A DNA stretch of 63,010 nt, filler included, from Thraustochytrium aureum (lineage: Eukaryota): NCBI GenBank assembly GCA_012862495.1. It is 3 parts of 3 records of this genome, joined end to end, with 100 filler letters (N's around TTAATTAATTAA, not from the genome) between each part and the next. Parts side by side here need not be neighbours in the genome. Positions count along the whole stretch, not along the records: positions 50,785 to 63,010 come from BLSG01000021.1; 2 more parts are not named here. One strand, given 5' to 3'. Positions 55,801 through 63,010 of the stretch are shown piece after piece. The translations under genes were made by a program, and so were the position numbers. Every line of letters starts with the position of its first letter. Position 1 is the stretch's first letter. The notes under the pieces were generated by a model. That model made no database searches. It worked only from the letters and a program-made list of their open reading frames with translations, and was not told where the DNA came from.

Positions 55801-57818
55801 TCTTGCGAAAAGTCGCACCCAACGATCCGGCTCGCTCGCTTCAAGTACCTCTTGGCGCTGCTCACGACCCTCGTGCTAATGCTCTTTGAGCTCTTCATAC
55901 AAAACGTCTACCTGAACCTGTTTGAGCGCGACCTCCACCTCACCATGCTGGCCACCGCGCTCGCCAATGAAGCTGTCAACACAGCCTACTTGACGCACTC
56001 GTTGGCGCTCCAAGGCCAGGGTGCGAACCCGCCCTTTCGGGACTCGTACGAGGACGTGGAGAACAAGACCCGAGCGGCCCTCGAAGCCGCCGCGGCGTCG
56101 TTGAGGGAGATGCAGCTCGCGTTTTATGAGAGCCGCAGCTCATTTTCAGATGAGATCTCGGAGATGTACGCAAACCAGTCTGCTGTAAAAGTCATCAGCA
56201 AGGTATTGGGCAGTTCCGTGGCGACCCCCAGCTCGCTCCTCGAGGCGAGCCTGCGCATTTCGGGAAGCGCCGAGCTGCTTGCCAAGACGCCATTCAACGG
56301 ACTGCTTGGCTCTCAGGGGAACGAGCGCGAAGACAGTTCTTTGAGAGAGAGAATCGAACTCATCATTCAAAACAGCCAGGGCGCAGGCTCGTACGTCGAG
56401 CTCCTTATCGAGGCAAGCCAGCTGAGCGCCGCACACGCGGAACGCCAGGTCAAGTCGCTCTTCCCCATCACGTACTACATCTCCGTGGCCATTCTGCTGG
56501 TCACGGTCTTTATGCTCGGCAATGCGATACAGCCCGTGCTCAGGGTTAAGCGCAAGAACGACGTGGAGAAGAGCCAGAGCGAAATCATCGACATCCTGCT
56601 GTCGATCCCGCGAGACATGCTGCAGAACGTGCGGACGCGCTACAAGATTCGCCTCGAGTCGGAGCATGACTATTCGGTGTCTGCTGAAATGGACGGAGGG
56701 GACGAATCCCGCCTCAAGCGATCCAGCAGCGGGTTGCACAAAGCGCGACCGAAAAAGGCCAGCGACGGGTCAAGAGAAGCCTCGCCCCGCTCGGGCGCGA
56801 ATGCGAGCGGCCTCGTCTACCCAACCGACATCCTCTCGCAAGCGAACGCGATCGGAAGCACCAAGCAATCGCGCAGCAGGAGATTTTTCGCTTGGTGCAC
56901 GTGCCGCACGAACTGCGCACGCTCTTTTGTGGAGTACAAGGACAACCTCTACAAGAAGCGCGGCATTGTGCTGCGGACATACTCTGTCATGCTCGTGTGT
57001 GTTGCGTACTGGATACTCAACGAGTTTGTGGGCATGCAACGGCTCGAGCCCGTTTGGCGTCCACGAGCTACGACCTCAACGACTTTGGCTTGGTCGGCAT
57101 TTTCGGGGCGCAGGCCTTGTACCTCCTTCGCCTGGACGTGACCAGCGCTGACGCCACCTTGACCATTCCGAACGTCACGTTTGATTCTTACGCGGTGTCC
57201 GTGCTGGACAAGATGGAGGCCTCGTTCGACTCTATCGTGAACGGAGACCCGTCGCGTGAGGCCTTGGGCATCTTTGGTCGCGACAGTGCGGACCAGAGCC
57301 CTGAAGTGCGGAGGCTATTTCTGGAGAACGGATGTATCGGTCACGAGGACAGGGTGGCGTGCGAGCAAATTTCCAACAAAGTGCTCAGCAGCGGGCTACA
57401 CACGGGGCTCGTGGAGATCCTTGCGCTCCTTAACCAGGTCGCCACGATGCAACAGTCGGGGGCGCCCCCGTACAGACTTTGGGTTACGGGCGCCGCGAGC
57501 GGCGAGACCCTCGCCTTCAAGTACCTGCAGCCGCAGCTCGACCGCATCTCTACGTTTGTGGACGAGTTTGTGATCTCACTGCTCCAGGAGGTCAAGCAGA
57601 CGCGCGGGTACCTGCTGCCCGGCTTTATGGCTTGCTCGCTCGCCTGCTACGCAATCTTCGTGCGCCCGCTGTTTTCCAGACTGGACCGGAACGTGATGCA
57701 GTCTCGCAAGCTACTGCTTTTGATCCCAACCGACATTGTGGATGACGCGAACTTGAAGAGCCGAATCCTCCACCTCAACTTTGCGCGCAGCTCGGCAACG
57801 CGCTCGGGCTCCGACTGA
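52858..57818 (+). CDS. TmcB/TmcC-like (tiny macrocysts) PAS-domain polytopic membrane protein; frameshift near 57060
   Basis: N-terminal multi-TM block; TPR-like ELWSEL...YTKLLNLAPHDTQLMRRFGTYLSEIANE; PAS-like ILSCNATAARILQNSQRNLVGTPFNDHL; two later TM pairs each followed by ILLSIP / LLLLIP motifs. Confidence 0.8.
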
Positions 57819-58080
57819 GACGTGGCGCCGCTTGCCAAATCCCCATGAGCATCACCAGCCTACGGATCGGGAGGGGGCTGGGGGGAGCTGGGCTGCCACC
57901 TACCTCCTTGGGTGCCTGAAACGGGGCCGGGCGCGTGCTGATGAGACCCTAGACCGGTTGTCTCAAGCGAGAGTCTGGCGATGGCGGAGACCCTGACGAA
58001 TGCCTACAACCGGCCAGTGTCGGCAAGCAACGTCCTTGGCGAACTCCGTCTTGCCCATCCCGTGCGGGTCGAAGAAGAGG

Positions 58081-58194
58081 AGGATTCGGTCTCCCGATCA
58101 ATTGAAAAAGAGCTCTAGAGCAAGGATTCGGTCTCCCGATCAATTGAGTTGAAAAAGAGTGCTAGCTAGTAGACTCCCGATCAATTGAAAAAAG
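58081..58194 (+). repeat. Three degenerate direct repeats between convergent genes
   Basis: aggattcggtctcccgatcaattga at 58081 and 58123; partial ctcccgatcaattgaaaaa at ~58174. Confidence 0.85.
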
Positions 58195-58302
58195 TTAGAT
58201 TAGTGCTAGCAAGAGTCGCGGCCCGCGAACAGCGCACCGGCAGAGAGCACGCACTAGGTGCGCGCTGCTGCAAGCCCTTGCGGCTCGGTCATGTCACGGA
58301 CG

Positions 58303-59486
58303 TCACTGAAACAGCTCTGGGGTCTCGCTCTCCAGAAAGAGCAGAGTCTTGTCCACGTTGTCCTGCCAGGACGCCATCTTGTCCCGCAGCGTTGAGAGCT
58401 GCGCCCGGTCCAAGACGCGCGGTTTGAGCCACGAGACGCGCACGACCTCGTCCACTTGGTCGATCTCGCCCTTGATGAGGCCCTTGGACATCGCCTGCAT
58501 AAGCAGCCACTCCACCTGGTCCATCTCGAGCCGGGTGAAGACAGCGACGTCCTTGAGCTTGATGGTGCGGTCCTCCGGCGGCCGGATGAAGACNNNNNNN
58601 NNNNNNNNNNNNNNNNNNNNNNNNNNNNNNNNNNNNNNNNNNNNNNNNNNNNNNNNNNNNNNNNNNNNNNNNNGTTGATGGCCTCCTTGTTGTCGGCGCA
58701 CAGCGTCGAGAAGCGGTCGATATCCCCCGCGGAGAATATTTGCAGAAGGTCGTGCAGCCAGGAAAACTCGGACCCGTCCAGGACGTGGAGCACTGGCTGG
58801 GAGAGCACCTCGCCATAGTTGAACACGGTGTCGCCAACGAGCGCGGCAAGCGACATGTCCACAGCGAGCCGCTTTTGCATGGCCGGGTCGAGGGTGTCCT
58901 GGGGCGTGTAGGCGAGGAACTGGATACAGGCCTTGTAAAATTCGTCCGCGGGGCCCACCACCTTGTAGTACTCGCACGAAACGCGAAAGAAGCTCGAGTT
59001 GACCACGGTCTCTGCGCCCGAGCCGGCCATTGACTGGAGCAGCGGCTGCGCGTCGTCCATGATTGCGCGCGCGGTTTTCAGGTTCTCCTCGCCGCCGAGC
59101 TGCACGCGCAGCTCGGCCACGGCCATCCTTCCGACAAGGTAGGCCTCGTCCCCGAGTCTTGCCCGCTTCTCGACCACGAACTCCATGAACCCGATCGCAT
59201 CCTCCACCTCTTTCGCCACGAGCGGCCGCGAGGGAAAGTACTGCTGGGCGATCACCGAGCAGATCTGGACGAACTTGAGCTGGTTGAGCTTGCCCTCAAA
59301 CTTGGACAGAAACTGCTCGTACAGGTCGACCAAGTTGCGCTTCGTGTTAAACTCGGGCAGCAGCACGGCCTCCTTGAGCTTCTCCGTCAGCTGGTGCCAC
59401 AGCTTGTCCCTGTACAAGTCCCCAATCTCCTGGTACAGCCCCGCAGCCGCGGGGTACTTGCGCGACTCTGCGTCGATGAAGTCCAT
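58303..59486 (-). CDS. RPN9: 26S proteasome lid subunit RPN9 (PSMD13); small internal gap
   Basis: LYRDKLWHQLT, LYEQFLSKFEGKLNQLKFV, ALVGDTVFNYGEVL, PCI C-terminus VEWLLMQAMSKGLIKGEIDQV, SWLKPRVLD. Confidence 0.94.
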
Positions 59487-60562
59487 CGTCCCACAACCGC
59501 CGTTCGCCCAAGCCCGCCTCGCTCGCGTCGATCGCACAGCAGCGCCCGGCCTGCCCGAGCCGACCGCTTTTCTCCCCGCCGGTCCCTTGCCTCCTCGCCC
59601 TCCTGCCTCCTCGCCCTCCTGCCCGCCCTCCTGCCCGCCTGCCTGCCCCGCCTGCCTGCCTGCCTTGCGCCTGCTGCTGCTCGCTTTGTTGCGGGTCTGC
59701 TCTGCCCGCTGATACACCGAAGCTTCGTTCGCCCCACCCCAGCATTGGATTCCAATGCTTACTTCCAGCTATCCACAGTCTGTGTCTTGACGTTATCTTG
59801 AATGTACTGGGCCTATCTTGACCGTTGTATTGATTGATGACTCGCGTCCTCTTGTTTGCGTGCTGTACTCTTGACGACGGCTCTTGTTCATTTCGATATT
59901 CAATAGAAGGAATAGTTCCTTGAGGAGAGAAAACTGAATGCCGTAACATGCCGCCCGCCCACCTGCGCNNNNNNNNNNNNNNNNNNNNNNNNNNNNNNNN
60001 NNNNNNNNNNNNNNNNNNNNNNNNNNNNNNNNNNNNNNNNNNNNNNNNNNNNNNNNNNNNNNNNNNNNNNNNNNNNNNNNNNNNNNNNNNNNNNNNNNNN
60101 NNNNNNNNNNNNNNNNNNNNNNNNNNNNNNNNNNNNNNNNNNNNNNNNNNNNNNNNNNNNNNNNNNNNNNNNNNNNNNNNNNNNNNNNNNNNNNNNNNNN
60201 NNNNNNNNNNNNNNNNNNNNNNNNNNNNNNNNNNNNNNNNNNNNNNNNNNNNNNNNNNNNNNNNNNNNNNNNNNNNNNNNNNNNNNNNNNNNNNNNNNNN
60301 NNNNNNNNNNNNNNNNNNNNNNNNNNNNNNNNNNNNNNNNNNNNNNNNNNNNNNNNNNNNNNNNNNNNNNNNNNNNNNNNNNNNNNNNNNNNNNNNNNNN
60401 NNNNNNNNNNNNNNNNNNNNNNNNNNNNNNNNNNNNNNNNNNNNNNNNNNNNNNNNNNNNNNNNNNNNNNNNNNNNNNNNNNNNNNNNNNTTTGCTGCTT
60501 GTCCTGGGCGCCGACAGCGCCGGGCCGCAGTGGCCAGCTGCGTGCGCGCCCCTTCCCCGAGG

Positions 60563-62334
60563 ATGGGACCGGGGCGGCCAAACGTGCCGGCGGCGCTGTT
60601 GGTGGCGCCCCGTTCGTGCACCTGTTTGTGTGGTCGCTGCTTGGCGGGTTGGTGTACCACCTTCTGAAAGGGCGCGGGGCGGCCGTGGACCCGACGGTGT
60701 GGAACGAGCACCACGCGCTCGTGTCGAGCGCTGAGCTGCGGTCAACGCAGCCCTGGCAGCTCCGCGCGCACGACGCGGTGAGGCGTAGCCTAACGCCCGG
60801 ACAGCTCAACGTCCACACCTCGCTGTGCCGAAAGCCGTACGTGCCGGTCCAAGTGGACAACCCCTTCCAGAGCGAAAACCAGTTTGGGTTTGTGAAGCGC
60901 TCATACATCTGCTTGCGATTCGACAAGGGCCGGTGCCGCGGCCAAGCCATGGAAGAGCTATGGAACAGGCGCTACTACAAAAAGTACGAGACGGTGGAGG
61001 GCACGTTCCTGATGACCGACACGACCGCGCTGAACCGCATGAAGCGCGACGACCCGGACCAGTTCAACAAGGTCATGTTTGCGAGCGAGGGAGAAAACTA
61101 CGTGAGCGCGCTCGACGGCGGCGACGCGATCAGCGGCAACAAGGCCCGGCAGCTGGAAGTCAAGCGCACCTACACCGAGCGTTTCGGGTGCGACTACAAC
61201 TCGCTGCGGCTGCAGCCGCCACAGTTCACCATGCACAAGCCCAACGAGTGCAGGGCCTTCTTCGATTTTGCGGACGCGCACGGCGACCACATGTGGATCC
61301 AAAAGCCAATCCTTGGCCAGGGCGGCGTCGGCATCACCCTGCACAAGTCGCTCAAGGACTTTGAGCCGCTTCGCGCCTGCAAGAAGGCCTCCAAGGCCGG
61401 CAAGGAAGACAACAAGTACATCATCCAAGACTACATCAAGAAGCCGCTGCTGATCCACGGGCGCAAGTTTGACATTCGCGTCTACATGCTCATCGCGAGC
61501 TCGATGCCGTACTTTGTCTTTTACCACCCGGGCTACCTGCGGCGTTCCATCACAAAGTACGTCGCCAAGAGCACCAACCAGACCAACTTTCTCACCAACA
61601 CGCATTACCAGTCGCTCGTGCAGAACTTTGAGCTCAAGGACCACATCTGGGGGTTTGAACGCTTCCAAAAATACCTCTCCGACCACAACGTGGCTGGCGC
61701 CCAGTACGTCTCCACGGTGCTCAACTCTGCCATCAAAAAGGGCCTCCTTTTCAACTTCATGAGCGCCCGGGACGACCTCGTGCGCCGCCGCGGGAGCTAC
61801 CACCTCTTTGGGCTCGACTTTATGATCGACGACGAGCTCCGCGTTCACTTCATCGAGGCCAACGGGTACCCCGGCTTCACCTGGTCCAAGGACTTTCCCA
61901 CGCGGTCGCTCGTCACCCAGATGTTCGACATGCTCATCGAGCTGCACGAGGCGCCCACCGCCTTCGAGCGCATGACGCAAGGCGACATGTACGGCGGCTT
62001 TGAGCTCATCTACAACGAGCTGGAAGACGACTGTTCGGAGAAGATGTACGATCCGTGCGTCGAGTTCGCTCACTTTAACGCCGTGCCGATGAAAAAGATG
62101 GCGGAAGAAATCGCCGTCATCCACGACACGGGCCGCCGGACGCGGTTCCAGGCCAACAAGAAAGTCAAGGACGACGCCGCAAGAGCCCAGCGTGTTTGTG
62201 CCGAGCAGGGGCTCGACCTCAAGAGCGCCGACTGCTCCAAGGCGATGCGGAACGATCGCCGGGCAAAGTTCGCCAAGATATTCAAGGAGATACAGGAGTG
62301 GGAGCTCATCAACACCTTCGTCGCTGGCATGTAG
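60563..62334 (+). CDS. Tubulin-tyrosine-ligase-like (TTLL) ATP-grasp ligase with N-terminal hydrophobic anchor
   Basis: WIQKPILGQGGVGI, IIQDYIKKPLLIHGRKFDIRVYML, FLTN, LFGLDFMID, FIEANGYP. ATG at 60563 is one base out of frame across a C4 run at ~60607; start uncertain. Confidence 0.85.
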
Positions 62335-62547
62335 CATGCAATTCAAAGCAAGGCGGTGGCACGCTCCATGCGAAAGGCACTAGTATTATGCTTGGCCGGC
62401 CGTGGCTCAGGAAAACAAACCAAAAAGAGAAATGTGAATGAATCTGACTGTCGTCTTTGTGCTGCCAACGTTCTAAGAAGCTGCTCCCCATCAAGGGAGA
62501 GATGATGGTGGACCAACCGTGGCTTGTCCGACAGGCGAGGTATGCTT

Positions 62548-63010
62548 TTAAAGCGACAAGGCGTTCTGGATGCTGCAGGCCCAGCCCGTGTAGCCGCGAA
62601 AGCACGTGCAGATGCCCGTCTCGCGGTCGCAGAGCCCGCGCGCACTGCACTCCTCCATCTCAGAGGTGGCATCGCCTTGCACTTCGACTGTTTCGAGACC
62701 ATCCGTTGGAGCCTCGCCATTGGCACCGTTGTCACCCGTGCCCAGATACTCAGATTCCAGAAAGACGTAGCCGACCCCAGTAGCGGCGTCCCACGAGATC
62801 GAGGAGACTTTCGGGGTCGTCGACTCGAAGGTCTCGACCGTGAGAATGTCGCCAGCAGCAAGCACTCCTCGAAGGTCAGCGTTCGCCTTGATCGCCCAGC
62901 TAGCGAGATCATACTTGACACTAACGGTGCCTCCGGCTGCGCAGTCAGGAATGTCCTCCACAACGGTAAACGTGGTAGGATCAGCCACTGAATCGATCGT
63001 AAAGGTGCCC
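62548..63010 (-). CDS. C-terminus of an EGF-like-domain protein, tubular mastigoneme (Ocm1/Sig1-like) family; continues beyond the window
   Basis: Terminal EECSARGLCDRETGICTCFRGYTGWACSIQNALSL; a final EGF motif followed by QNAL is typical of stramenopile mastigoneme proteins; frame is open to the window edge. Confidence 0.75.
   Translation of the reverse strand, partial: GTFTIDSVADPTTFTVVEDIPDCAAGGTVSVKYDLASWAIKANADLRGVLAAGDILTVETFESTTPKVSSISWDAATGVGYVFLESEYLGTGDNGANGEAPTDGLETVEVQGDATSEMEECSARGLCDRETGICTCFRGYTGWACSIQNALSL

Noticed and set aside
51613..57141. 1842-aa ORF and other ORFs spanning N-runs
   Set aside because: Length is inflated by translating through Ns; no evidence the two sides of a gap belong to one gene.
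24695..58194. Repeat clusters at 24695 and 58081 as CRISPR arrays
   Set aside because: The first is head-to-tail with no spacers; the second has three degenerate copies with short irregular spacers; no cas genes; eukaryotic context.
10045..60610. Pervasive frameshifts (kinesin ~10200, Kelch ~15120, POLE ~26980/28010/29640, ARM protein ~44815/48055, TmcB ~57060, TTLL ~60607) as programmed frameshifting, RNA editing or mass pseudogenisation
   Set aside because: Shifts go in both directions, mostly at short homopolymers, include a compensating pair in POLE (~27980-28020), share no slippery motif and hit essential genes in a gap-ridden assembly; sequencing indels are the simplest explanation. 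Raw reads would settle it.
42993..62346. Long antisense ORFs (e.g. 47834..50629 -, 46569..47990 -, 60958..62346 -; also 4164..6431 +, 35252..37222 +)
   Set aside because: Shadow ORFs expected opposite high-GC3 genes; no motifs recognised.

Overview
GC-rich, gene-dense, apparently intron-poor eukaryotic nuclear DNA from a gapped draft assembly (many N-runs, two TTAATTAATTAA six-frame-stop linkers, many 1-nt frameshifts mostly at short homopolymers). A mastigoneme-type EGF C-terminus and an altered mitochondrial RF2 suggest a stramenopile, most likely a labyrinthulomycete/thraustochytrid (inference). Recognisable genes: ArsS-type radical SAM, mitochondrial RF2, kinesin-14, NUDT6-like Nudix, Kelch protein, ABC1/ADCK kinase, SLC35A transporter, DNA polymerase epsilon catalytic subunit, TmcB-like PAS membrane protein, RPN9 and a TTLL ligase. 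Most interesting: (1) a NudE/NDEL1-like coiled coil apparently fused to a kinesin-14 motor; (2) a >2300-aa ARM-WW-ARM-PH protein with the architecture of the apicomplexan glideosome-associated connector; (3) a pseudo-peroxidase-BSD-YjjX ITPase fusion; (4) an RF2 whose SPF stop-recognition motif reads SEF; (5) a DUF3505/telomere-linked-helicase-like element; (6) an MBD-FYRN-FYRC protein with a PDZ-like insert; (7) a TTLL with a signal anchor. All family calls come from motif recognition by eye; no database searches were run.
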